Notes: a model not told the origin generated them from the sequence alone. A stretch of 64,000 nt of DNA from Cetorhinus maximus (GCF_964194155.1 NC_135907.1:10230001-10294000); one strand, 5' to 3'; shown: positions 10,448 through 22,160, counted from the first letter of the stretch. Numbers and translations: made by a program.

Positions 10448-13009
10448 TTATGTAAGTTTCTGGTCAATGCCCCCCCACTCCAAGAATGTTGATGGTTGGC
10501 AATTCAGTGATCATAATGCAAGGGGAGATGGCTAGATTCTCTCTTGTTGGAGATGGTTACTGCCTAGCACTTGCGTGGCATGAATGTTACTTGCCACATA
10601 TCAGCCCAAGTTTGAATGTTGTCCAGGTCTTGTTCACACATGTATGGATTGCTGAGGAGTTATGAATGGAACTGCACACTATGCAATCATCAGCGATCAT
10701 CCCTAACTTTGACTTTGTGATGTAAGGAAGGTCATTGATGAAGCAGCTGAATGTGATTAGGCCTAGGACACTACAGTGAGGAACTCTTCGGGCTGTGTTG
10801 ATTGGCCTCCAACAACCACAATCATCTTCCTTTGTGCTAGGCATGACTCCAACCAGTGGAGAGGTTGTGCCCATATTCCCATTGACTTCAATTATATAAG
10901 GGCTTCTTGATACCACACTCGGTCAAATGCTGCCGTGATGTCACTCTAACCTCAGCTCTGGACTTCAACTCTTTTGTCCAAATTTGCAGTAATGAGATCA
11001 TGAACCGAGTGATCCTGGCAGAACCCAAACTAAGCATTGGTGAGCAGATTATACTGAGTAAAGTGCCACTTCATAGCAATATCGACCACACCTTCCAGGA
11101 CTTTGCTGATGACTGAGAGTAGACTGATGGAGCAGTAAATGGCTGGTTTGGATTTGTCCTGATTTTGTGGACAAGACATACTTGGAAAATTTTCCACATC
11201 GTAGGGTAGATGCCAGCGTTGTAGCTGTACTGGAACAGCTTGGCTAGGGGCACAGTTAGTTCTGGAACACAAGTCTTCAGTACCATTGCCAGGATGTTGT
11301 CAGGGACCTTAGCCTTTATTATATCCAGTGCCTTCAGCCATTTCTTGATGATATGTGGTTGAAGACTGACATGTTATGGTGGGGATTTCAGGAGGAGGCC
11401 AAGATGGATTATCCACTCGGCAATTCTGGCTGAAGATGATTGCAAATTCTTGAACTTTGTCTTTTGCTCTGATGTGCTGGGCTCCACCATCATTGAGGAT
11501 GGGGATGTTTGTGGAATCTCTTCCTTCTGTTAGTTGTTTAATTGCCCATCACCAATTATGACTGGATGTGGCAAGATTGCAGAGCTATGATCTGATCTGT
11601 TGGATCTGGGATTGGTTAGCTCCATCTATAACATTCTGCTTCCACTATTTTGCATGCACATAGTCCTGCATTGTAGCTTCACCAGATTGGTATCTCATAT
11701 TTAAGTATGCTTAATGCTGCTCCTGGCATGCTTTTATACGTTCCTTGTTGAACCAGAGTTGGTCCTTTGGCTTGATGGTGGAGTGAAGGATATTCTGGTC
11801 TATGAGGTTGCAGATTGTGGTTGAATACAATTCTGCTGTTGCTGTTGGCCCACAGCGCTTCATGTCTGCTGAGTTTTGAGCTGTCAGATCTGTTCTGAGT
11901 CTATACCATTTAGCACGGTGGTAATGCCACGCAACACCATAGAGCATATGCTCAGATGGGTCTTTATTTCCACAAGGACTGTGCGGTGGTCATTCCTACC
12001 AATACTATATTGGACAGATGCATCTGTGACAGGTAGTTTGGTGATGATGAAATTAAGTAGATTTCTTCCTTCTCCCTCTTGTTGGTTCTCTGACCACCTC
12101 CCATGCTGACCCAGTCTGGCAGATATGTCCTTTAGCACTTGGCCAGCTCGGGCAATAGTGATGCTACCGAGCCACTCTTGGTGATGGACAATAAAGACCC
12201 CATCCAGGATACATTCTGTTGCCTTCCACTCTCAGTGTTTCTTCCAAGTGGTGTTCAACATAGAGGAGCTGATACATCAGCTGAGGGGGCAGGGGTTGTA
12301 GGTGGCTGTGGGTGCTGTAGGTGAGAATCAGCAGGAGGTTTCCTTGCCCATGTTTGACTTGACACCATGAGATTTCATGGGGTCCAGAGTCAACACTGAG
12401 GACTTCAAGGCCCACTCCCTCCCCACTGTATGCTATGGTGCTACCACCTCTGCTGGAACAGGGCATACCCAAGGATGGTTGTGAGGTATCTGCAGCATTG
12501 GCTGTAAGGTATGATTCAGTGAGTATAACTAAGTCAGGCTGTTGCTTGACTAGTCTGTGGGACAGCTCTCCCAATTTTAGCGCAAGTCTCCAGATGTTAT
12601 TGAGGAGAACTTTGAAAGGTGCCCCTTTGTCATTTCCAATGCCCAGGCTGATGTCAAGTGGTCCGTCTGGTTTTATTCTTATTTGACTTTTCTACAGGGG
12701 TTTGATACAATGATGGTTTGCTAGGCCATTTCAGAGGGCAGTTTAGAGTCAACAGCATCACTGTGGAGTCTGGATTCACATGTAGGCCAGACCAGGTAAG
12801 GATGGAAGCTTTCCTTCCATCAAGGGAGGAGCATGATCATCATTACTGAGCCTAGCAATTTTATTCCAAATTTATTTAATTAATTTAATATAAATTCCTC
12901 CAGCTATTATGGTGGGATTTGAATTCATGAATTCATCTCTCCACGTCATTAGTCCAGGCCTCTGGATTACTGGTCCACTGACACTCTCACTATGCTATCG
13001 CTCCCCTGT

Positions 13010-14095
13010 GAGAGTAACTACCCTTGCCATTAAGGCACCATTTGACCAAGTATGGCAGCATGGAGCCCTTGTATAATTGAAGTCAATGGGAATCAGGGGG
13101 AAAACTCTCCAATTGCTGAAGTTATATCTAGCACAAAGGAAGATGGTTGTTATCATCAGAAGTCAACCATCTCAACCTCCAGACAACACTGTAGGAGCTC
13201 CTCAGGGTAGTGCCCTAGGCCCAACTACCTTCAACTTTCATTAATGACATTCCATCCATCTTATAAGGGAATGTTCGCTGATGGTTTCAGTGGTTCCTCA
13301 AAAGAAGTGTCCGCATGCAGCAAGACCTGGACAACATTCAAGCTTGGGCTGATAAATGGTAACAGAGAGTGCAACCAGCACCCTCCCCCCCCCCCCCCCC
13401 CCCCCCTCAACCCACTTTGTCATTCAACAGCATTAGCTTTGTAGAATTGCTCACTATCAACATCCGGAGAGGGGTATCACTGAATAGGAACTGAACTGGA
13501 CAAATCACATAAATACTGTGGCTACAGAGGCTGGGAATTCTGTGGCGATTAACTCACTTCCTGATTTTGCAAAGCCAGTCCACAATCTACAAGATACAAG
13601 TCAGGAGCATGATAAAATATTCTTCACTTGTCCGGATGAATGTAGCTATAATCAATACTCAAGAAGCTCAAAATCATTCAGGACAAAGCAGTCTGCTCGA
13701 TCAGCATCCACCACCTTAAACACTCACTCCAGTACACAGTGGCTGCAGAGTGTACCAGATACGAGATAAACTGCAGCAATCAGCAAATATTCTCAACAGC
13801 ATATCCCAAAACAATGACCTCCACCACGTTGAAAGATAAAGGCAGCAGGTGCATGGGAATGCTGCCATCTCCAAATTCCTCTCAAAATCACACACCATCC
13901 TGATCTGAACATATACCACTGTTCCTCCATTGTCGCTGGGTCAGAATCTTGTAACGCCGAGCTAAGGTACTGTGGGAGTACCTTCTCCATACAGACTGGA
14001 GAGGTTCACATACAAGGTGGCTCATCACCAAGTTCTCAAGGAGAAACTAGGGCTAGGCATAAACACTGGCGTTGCCAGTAATGTCCACATAAAAA
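13010..14095 (+). mobile_element. CR1-group LINE family A, RT to 3' end, decayed
   Basis: GAPQGSALGP, MFADG motifs; same 3' region as 6835-7458. Confidence 0.8.
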
Positions 14096-15243
14096 CACAA
14101 CCACTTTGAACTTTGAAGTTCCCTGAGATTTAAGTCTGTTTTCCCTCACCTGATAGATTATTTCAAAATATTCTCACCCATTGAATAAAGAATTTCTTTC
14201 ACTAGAACTGTTTGAAATTATCCTTTGCCTAATTTAATTATTGTATTCCCTGGGCTTACTGTTTTGGCTCATTTTGAAGTAACATTCTTGGTACTCACTG
14301 CTTTTTCCATGCCTTTGAGCTGAACAGATGAGTTCTACAGATGTTACGTAGTCAAACACCTGTGCAGATTTTAAAAGCGGATGGTCAGGAAGCTGTTTGT
14401 CCTGTTCTCTGACGATAAGAAACTTCAGAACTTCCAGAGGAAGCTTGGAAGTAAAAGAGACATGATGGAGATTCAGACACCTGTTTACCCATTCCCTTCC
14501 TGTTCCTCCATTTTCTGTGAATTTCCAGCTGGCTGGATGAAGTCACGCTCACAATGTTCCCATTTCTTGTTTGTTTGTAATGAGAATGTTTTATAAAGAG
14601 CAGCAAAAGTAACTTCACAGACTCCACTCATCTCAATCCACTTACCTCACTTATTGGATCATGTAGCAAGTAATATAGCAAGACGCAGAGCTGCTCAGAG
14701 ATGGTGTCAGTGCTGGACTCTGGATGAGCAGATATGCTGTTTCACAGCAACTTGTTGTGAGCTACTTGCTCTCCAAGTTGCAACTGCAAGCAACACAGCA
14801 GGTTCCAACTGTAGACAGTGTTATAGGTGTATTATGTATGGTTTACACCTACACAGTGTGTTATAAGGATGGATGTTGACACAGGTGCCAATTACTGGCA
14901 GTGTTACAGGGCTGTTTGGTACATAAGGACATAAGAAATATGATTAGCAGTACGCCATACAGCTGCTCTGCCATTCAATAATAACTTCTATCTTAACTTT
15001 TCCTCCTTATCCACATATCCCTTGATTAACTTAGTTCCCAAAAAAAAAATATATATATTCAACGACTCAGCATTTACAGCCGTCTGGAATTGAGAATTCC
15101 AAAGATTTACAACACTCTGAGCGAATAAATTTCTCCTCATCTGCCCTTAAATGGCCTACGTCTTATCCTGAGAATATGAATTTTTTTTAAGACTCTCTAA
15201 TCAGTGGAATCAACCTCTCTTTGTCAAGTCCCCTAACAATTTT

Positions 15244-15390
15244 CTTTTCTCTTTAGCTCTGAAGAAGAGTCATATGGACTCGAAACGTTAACTGTTTTTT
15301 TTCTTTCCACAGATGCTGTTAGGCCTGCTGAGTTTTTCCAGAATTTTGTTTTTGTTTCAGATTTCCAGCATCTGCAGTATTTTGCTTTTA
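15244..15390 (+). mobile_element. 147-bp Penelope-derived insert with 15-bp TSD, carrying a hammerhead motif
   Basis: TCCCCTAACAATTTT at 15229-15243 and 15391-15405; body matches the end of the GIY-YIG-bearing copy at 46093-46921. Confidence 0.85.
15255..15293 (+). ncRNA. Minimal type I hammerhead ribozyme motif
   Basis: AGCT-CTGAAGA-A-GAGTC(ATATG)GACTC-GAAAC-GTT-AACT; complete catalytic core and perfect stem II, one mismatch in the short stem I. Confidence 0.7.
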
Positions 15391-15951
15391 TCCCCTAACA
15401 ATTTTATATGTTTCAAATTCTGCTAAATTCCTGTATTAGCCCATTCAGCTCAACTAGAGTCACTGTGGCGGGGCCGTTTAGAATCATAGAATGGTCACAA
15501 CACTGAGGAAACCATTCAATCCATCTCTGTAACAGCAACTCAGCTAGTCCCATTCCCTCACCCTCTCCCCATAGCCCTGCAGATTTGTTCTCTTCAGCTG
15601 CTGGTCCAATTCCCCTTCAAAAGCCCCAGTTGAATCTGCCTGCACAACTCTCTCAGGCAGTGCATTCCAGATCCTAACAACTCGCTGTGTAATTTTTTTT
15701 TCCTTATGTCACCATTGGGTCATTTGCTCATGGGAAGAGTTTCTCTCTACTGTGTCCAGGTCCCCCATGATTTTGAACTTATATCAAATCTCTCAACCTC
15801 CGCTTCTCTAAGGAGAACAATTCCAGCTTCTCCAAACTGTCCACTTAACTGAAGACCCTCATCCCTGGAACTATTCTCTTAAATCTTTTCTGAATTCTCT
15901 CTGAAGCCTTCACAGCCTCCCTAAAGTGCAGTGTTCAGAGTTGGACACAAT

Positions 15952-17885
15952 GGGCAGAATTTTCCCAGAATTGTACTAAGTGCGTTAGCGGGCGGGTAAA
16001 ATGGAGTCCTTCCCGCCGATGAAAATGGTGGGTTTTCATGCCGTATCTTCCAGAGCCTGCCTCATTATATATCCATTCCCGCAAAACACGCCATTTCCAT
16101 GGCGGGCGGGCTCTCATTCGCCCGTTGGGATGTGCTCTACTCCCGCTCTGGCTGCAGGATGGGTAGCATGTCACCAACCTGGCTTGGGAGGTGGTGGCAG
16201 CGGTGGTCAGCACAAACGCCCTGCACAGGAGGACAGCCACCCAGTGCCAGAAAAGGATGAATGATCTCCTCCGTTCCGCCAAGGTAAGTCACTCTTTTCA
16301 TCATTCCCAGCACACACACTTTCAAACCCATCGCACATCCACAGGGCCCTCACTCACTGCCAGTGCAAGGGACATCACCATTCACTCTCTCACACACACC
16401 GTCATTGTCCTCATCCCGTCTGTGGGACCACTCACCACCCACACAGGCCAGGCATACTTATCATCTGGTCTGGCAAGCGTCCTGCTACACTCTTCCCATC
16501 TCTGTCCATGCAGGACAAACTGGCTCACAACAGGAGGGAAAGGTCGCAGACAGGTGGAGGGATGGCGGCCGCCATGGAGACCTAGGTCCAAGACGTCACT
16601 CCTGCACTGCTGCGCAGGCTTAACTCCATCGCTGATGCCATAATTGGCCTCCAATAGTGTCAATGCGAGATGGGTGCTGGGCAGCTTGAAATCAAGGTTT
16701 TGACAGAATTTGAAAACAGAACCATCCAGCTGGCCGGCAATGACCGGGACCGGTCCTGTGAAGTCGGTGCTGATTTACCAAATGAGGATCCACCAGTGCA
16801 ACATACATCAGACAACCATGCTGTGGGTGATGTGTCCTCTTTCACAGGCCACTGCCAGGCACTAATGATCTCCCCTTGCTTTCGCAGGCACACCTGCCAA
16901 ACAGCCAACAGAGTCCATGACCCAGGGCTTCCAATCAAGCTCCGAAGAAACCTTTGAAGAGGAATCTGAAGTCACCCTCCCTGAAGTCCTGTCACAATGC
17001 TCACCCACACTCTCCACCAGCACAGAGACACATACCTCAGTGGGGCCTAGCTTTACAGTAGCCTCAGGATCACAATTTGGTGAGCACATCGCGCTTTCTG
17101 ATCCACAGCAGGCGGAGGCAGGGACTTCCCAGGTTCCCGGCACTCGGACGACTGTTGGAGGCTAGAACATTGCTGAGTCTGAGTAAGAGCGCTTTGTGGC
17201 CCTTTGGTGCTTCCGAGATGCTTGCATGGGCGGGCAGTTTAGTATCCTGACCCCAAGCAGGCTGTGCCTGATCTGTCTTAGTTGCAGAGGCATGGTCAGC
17301 TTATACAGGTGTTCCTAATGCGTGGCCACTTCCCTCGCTTACCCTGCCCCCCACCTCGATTGCCTGTGCGCGGGATGCTGTGCCAGGGCAGCACTTGACT
17401 GCCCTCCCCCCCTCAGCAGTCGCCTCCGAGGCTGGTCAGCACTTGCCCCCAGACACCCCCCACCCCTCAGCAGTTCCCTGCTGGGCCAGGCATCAGTTTC
17501 CCCCACCCTTCAGCGCCTCTGAGGCCTGTAAACAACAGGCGAGCTGTGGAGAACGTTGCTGCTCACTCACCTCAGTTCCCCCAAAGTGAAGGCCACCAAG
17601 TGCACGTCGCCTGTGTGCTGTTGTGAAACATGTTGGCGTGCTTTCCTGCCGACGTGGACAGACGATATGGCGGAGTTCCAAGAGCCTGGCGGGATGGCCT
17701 TTTAATTATATGCTAATGTATTACAATTAGCTCCCCGCTGATCGATGGTGGGATACGCGGCCTGCCGTCGGTGGGCTGAGTGGAAGATTGGGACCTGCCT
17801 TCACGCCATCGTGGTGGGTCTCGCCACATTTTCCGCGCATGCTACCTATCACGCCCACCACCAGCGGGCACGGAAAATTCCACCC
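15952..17885 (+). mobile_element. Non-autonomous PIF/Harbinger DNA transposon carrying a spliced Myb/SANT gene relic
   Basis: TIRs GGGCAGAATTTTCC / GGAAAATTCCACCC (12 of 14 match); 3-bp TSD AAT at 15949-15951 and 17886-17888. Confidence 0.9.
16135..17165 (+). pseudogene. Harbinger Myb/SANT DNA-binding protein gene (NAIF1/MSANTD-like), 3 exons, decayed
   Basis: AWEVVAAVVSTNALHRRTATQCQKRMNDLLRSAK|GTAAGT (exon ends 16283); TGCAG|DKLAHNRRERSQTGGGM (16514); ACTAAT branch point and TTCGCAG| at 16888 starting an S/T/E-rich exon. Confidence 0.85.
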
Positions 17886-17991
17886 AATAGTTCAGTTGAA
17901 ACGGAATAAAGTTTTTATAAAGGCTTATCATAACCTCTTTGCTTTTGTATCCTATGCCTCTGTTTATAAAGTTAAGATCCCAGGTGCCTAT

Positions 17992-19805
17992 TCCACAGAA
18001 TCACAGAATTATTACGGCACAGAAGGAGGCCCATCGTGTCTGCACCAGCTCTCCGAATGGGAAATTTACTGAGTGCCATTCCCGGTCTTCTCCCTGTAAC
18101 CTTGCACATTCTTCCTTTTCAGATAACAATCTAATTCCCTAAGGAATGTCTTGATTGAACCTGCCTGCACCACACTGTCAGGTAGTGCATTCACCACTCG
18201 CTACGAGAAAAATGTTTTCCTCAGGTTGCCTTTGCTCCTTTTGCCAATTATTTTAAATCTGTGCTCTCTCATTCTTGATCCTTTCATGAGTGGGAACAAT
18301 TTCTCCCTATCTACTCTATCCAGACCCTCATGATTTTGAATATCTCTATCAAATCTCCTCTCAACCTTCCCTTCTCCAAGGAAAACATTCCCAGTTTCTC
18401 AAATCTATCTTCGTAACTGAAGTTCCTCATCCCTGGGAACCATTCTTGTGAATCATTTCAGCGCTCCCCCCGTGCCTTCACATCTTTCCTAAAGTGCGGT
18501 GCCCAGAACTGGACACAAGTTCAACATAACCTCCTCGCTCTTGTACTTTATGCCCCTATTAATAAAGTTTAGGATACTGTATGCTTTATTAACCACTCTC
18601 TCAATCTTTCCTGCCACCTTCAATGACTTATGCACATATACAACCAAGTCCCTCTGCTCCTGCAGCTACTTCAGAGTTGTATCCTTTATTTTATATTGGC
18701 TCTCCATGTTCTTCCTACCGAAATGAGTCATTTCTCCTCGTTGAACTTCATCTGCTACCTGTCCACCCATTCCACCAACTTGTTTATGTCCATTTGAAGT
18801 TCTATACTATCCTCCTCACAGTTCACAATGCCTCCAAGTTTTCTATTATCCGCAAATTTTGAAATTGTGCCCTGTACACCAAGGTCTAGGTCATTAATAT
18901 ATATAAGGAAGACCAAGGGTCCCAACACTGGCCACTGGGAAACTCCACTACAAACCTTCCTCCAGCCCAAAAAACATCCGTTAACCACGAATCTCTATTT
19001 CCTGTCATTCAGCCAATTTTGTATCCATGTTGCTACTGTCCCTTTTATTCCATGTGCTATAACTTGGCTCACAGGTCTGTATCAAGTGCTTTTGGAAGTT
19101 CATGTACACCACATGAACAGCATTATATTCATCAACCCTCTCTATAAAAAACTTCAGCAAGTTAGTTAAATGTGATTTCCCATAACAAATTCATGCTGGC
19201 TTTCCTTAATTAATCTGCATTTGTCCATTATTGACTATTAATGTTAACCCAAATTATTGTTTCTAGAAGTTTCCCCACCACCAAAGTTCAACCAACTGGC
19301 CTGTAGCTATTGGGATTATCTTTACACAATTTAAGAACAAGGGTGTAACATTTGCAATTCTCCAGTCATCTAGCACCACCCCTGAGTTTAAGGAAGACTG
19401 AAAAATTATGACCAGTGCCTCCTCAATTTCCACTCTCACTTCCGTCAATATCCTTGGATGCATCTCATCTAAAGCCTTATCGTCTTTAAGTACGGACAGC
19501 CTATTAAATACCTCCTCCCTATCAATTTTAAATCCATCTAGTGTATTAATTACTTCCTCTTTCACCGTGGCCTGGAACATCTTCTTCCTTGGTAAAAACA
19601 GATGCAAAGTATCTATTTAATACCTCAGCAATTCCCCCTGCCTCCAGGCATAAATCTCTTTTTGCGCCCTATTTGGCCCGACTCATTTTACCACCCTTTT
19701 ACTATTTATATGCCTAAAGAGGACTTTTGGATTCCCTTACAGGTTAGCTGCCAGTCGCTTTTCATGCTCTCTCTTTACTTCTCCTATTTGCTTTTCACCT
19801 TCTGT
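17992..19805 (-). mobile_element. CR1 family B, ORF2 RT region to 3' end
   Basis: VCSGVSQWPVLGPLVFLIYINDLD...ISKFADNRKLGG; MHPRILTEV...DWRIANVTPLF. Confidence 0.92.
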
Positions 19806-19881
19806 ATTCATAAAAATTGTATAAATATACATATATATATATAAAATAAAATATATACTCTATATAATATATTATCCACCT

Positions 19882-20129
19882 GACATCGTCATTGCCTGCT
19901 GTGCCCTTCACAACCTGGCATTACAACGGGGAGAGGAGCTGGCTGAGGAGGAGATGGAGGAGCTTCACGTTTCCTCCAATGAGGAGGATGTTGATGGGCT
20001 AAGGTTGAGGATGTCCTCGAAGGCGAGAATGATGGTGATGAAGCCATTGCACTGGCCAGGTGAGGCAGGCACGCTTGGGAAGCCCTCATAACTGCTAAAT
20101 TCATGGAGAATAATGATGACATGCAGTGA
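19882..20129 (+). pseudogene. Harbinger (HARBI1-like DDE) transposase, C-terminal fragment
   Basis: IVIACCALHNLALQRGEELAEEEMEE...ALITAKFMENNDDMQ*; frameshifted. Confidence 0.85.
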
Positions 20130-20240
20130 GGAGACACCACACATCCTCACACTGCATCTGTGAACGTATGACTCCTGTCTGGTTGATGGCAGTGCACATA
20201 CCCACTGTGATATAGCTCCTGGTATGAACATTGAGGACTT

Positions 20241-20417
20241 CTACTGCCGGTGGACGTGAATGTGATTGCAGCGCTCAATTTTTACGTCAGTGGCTCCTTT
20301 CAGGGCTCCACAGGTGACCCTTGTGGGATATCACAAGCCTCCATGCACAAATGCATCCAAGAGTTCACAGACACCATCTTCGCGAAGGCACACAACTTTT
20401 TCCATTTTGCTCAAGAA
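20241..20417 (+). pseudogene. Harbinger (HARBI1-like) transposase, N-terminal HTH fragment
   Basis: LLPVDVNVIAALNFYVSGSFQGSTGDPCGISQASMHKCIQEFTDTIFAKAHNF. Confidence 0.88.
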
Positions 20418-20775
20418 ATTTTATAGGGATGTACTAGATTACGATAGGTTTAAATTGTGTAGAGAAAAGAAAGCTGTTCCCATTAGCTGATGGTACAAGG
20501 ACTATGGGACAGAGATTTAAGGTTTTGGGCAAGAGATGCAGAGTAGATGTGAGGAAGAATTTTTTTTTACGCAGCGAGTGGTTCTGACCTGGAACTCATT
20601 GCCATGAGGGTGGTGGAAGTGGAGAAGATGAATGGTTGCAAAAGGAATGGTCACTTAAGGAAAATAAACTAACAGGGCCAAGGGGATAGAGTGAGATACT
20701 GAGACTGATTGGATTGCTCTACTGAGATCCAACATAGACTCAATGGGCCAAATGGTTTCCTTTTATGTTGTAGTG
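20418..20775 (+). mobile_element. CR1 family B 3' end
   Basis: REKLFP-like stretch, FFTQRVV, ATGGGCCAAATGG hairpin region. Confidence 0.8.
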
Positions 20776-21321
20776 ACTCTAGGACAATGATACAGTAACC
20801 ACAGATATACAGTGACTGCTGTAACATAACACTCGCAAGTGCTCACAGGAATATGATGGCCATGGATATGCTGCCTACTTTGTTCAACTGAACTCTTGAG
20901 GCTTAGCCTCAGACAATGGTATTCACTGGTGAAATAGGCGCTGCTCTGAACCAAAAGACACAAGGGCATAGGTCTGCATGTTTAATCAGGATTGCTCAGA
21001 CTTTATTACTTATCTTGTCTTGGTGCCAATGACATAATCAGTCATAAGTGTAATCTGGTCTGGCTCAGGGACAGCTCATTAACATATTGCCCTTTCAGAT
21101 GAACTTGACATCTAATTCAGACAGATAAACTGAAGGGCGACAATTTTCAGCTTCTCCTCGATTTCGTTGAGAGGGTGACTGACAGATTGTTCCGAGAGCA
21201 TGAAACTTACTTATTTGAATAATTTAAAGTGGGAGTATTATAAAGCGCAGTGCAATTGGTGGTTAGACGGTTTCTTCCCTGAGAACTACGGGAAGCTTCA
21301 TATTCTATCTGGCCCATCAGG

Positions 21322-21500
21322 TATTTGTTTGTAATGATCAGGTTGAAATGTTTGTAATGTTCATTGATTGTATTGAAGCGCCTCATGATCTATGTGGAAA
21401 ACTTGAATATGGTTGCACTTTTTGTGATTGCCATTTTGAAATGTTTTGTAATGCTCTTTCAGATATTTTATGAATACAGTATATTTTTTCAAAGAAGAAA
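21322..21500 (+). mobile_element. Tx1 3' UTR fragment
   Basis: Reverse complement of the UTR at ~8136-8300 (GTAATGCTCTTTCAGATATTTTATGAATA). Confidence 0.8.
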
Positions 21501-21834
21501 ATCAAGATATTTAGCAACAATGTGAAAATCAAGCCTGCCTCAATTCCCAGCTCCACCACTACCTCATCTGTCAAACTCAGGTACAAACTGACTTCAAATG
21601 GAGCTCAATACAACGCGGCTGTCTTGAAAAACCCTGCAAGGTTATAGAGTTCAGATGAAATTTTTTGACTCATATTTAAGCTTTATTGTCACACTTCAGA
21701 AAGAAGACCTTTCCTCAATCCTGAGGATGTTAGCTCCTCGCGTTCCATGTCAGAAGGCCACACAAAATGCTAATAATCAAATAGGATTTCACCAACAGCC
21801 CTGTTTCATCTAATCAGTGACTTTCCCACTAAAT

Positions 21835-22160
21835 CAGTGTTCAATGATCCAACCAGTAACCATCTATCAAACCAGTAATTGTACATCACCAAGTACTATT
21901 CCATTTAACCAGTAACCACTGATCTAACCAGGCACCATGCATCCTACCAAGGGATCATTGAACCACCCAGGAACCAATAATACAGCCAGTGACCATTGAT
22001 TGAGCCACTGACCATCCATCCAACCAGTAACCATTACCTGATCATTAATTTAACCAGGTACCATTGATCCAGCCAGTGACTATTAATCTAACCTGGATCC
22101 ATTGATTTAGACAGTAACTACTGATTTAACCAATGGCCATTGATCTAACTAGTGACCAAA
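21835..22160. repeat. Degenerate ~20-bp tandem repeat (ACCATTGATCTAACCAGTG-like)
   Basis: AACCAGT(A/G)ACCATTGAT recurs about 15 times. Confidence 0.8.

Larger units (their letters stand above)
7490..13000 (-). mobile_element. Near full-length decayed CR1-group LINE family A (tRNA-like head, APE, RT, tail), interrupted by Tx1 at ~8126-10447
   Basis: APE start LGELSHRLVKQQPDLVILTESYL (~12570); VLKTCVPELTVPLAKLFQYSY; ISLLSVISKVLEG; IADDC; 3' tail at ~7500. Confidence 0.85.
14925..15450 (-). mobile_element. CR1 family B 3' fragment interrupted by a Penelope-derived insert
   Basis: CATAAGAAT tail; GAGAATTCCAAAGATTTACAACACTCTGAG. Confidence 0.7.
15480..17990 (-). mobile_element. CR1 family B fragment split by a Harbinger element (15480-15951 and 17886-17990)
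   Basis: TAGAATCATAGAAT tail; CAGAGTTGGACACAAT resumes as AATAGTTCAGTTG after the insert. Confidence 0.8.

Noticed and set aside
14325-14870. Possible host exons (71-aa plus ORF; minus-strand donor GAG|GTAAG at ~14645)
   Set aside because: Frames tested from the candidate acceptors hit stops and no protein family was recognisable; a non-coding exon is not excluded
21202-21213. GAAACTTACTTA, the reverse complement of the Tx1 target, near the third Tx1 fragment
   Set aside because: It lies ~110 bp from the element edge and is not repeated after the tail; the fragment appears to have a different TSD (ATCAGGTATTT / ATCAAGATATTT)
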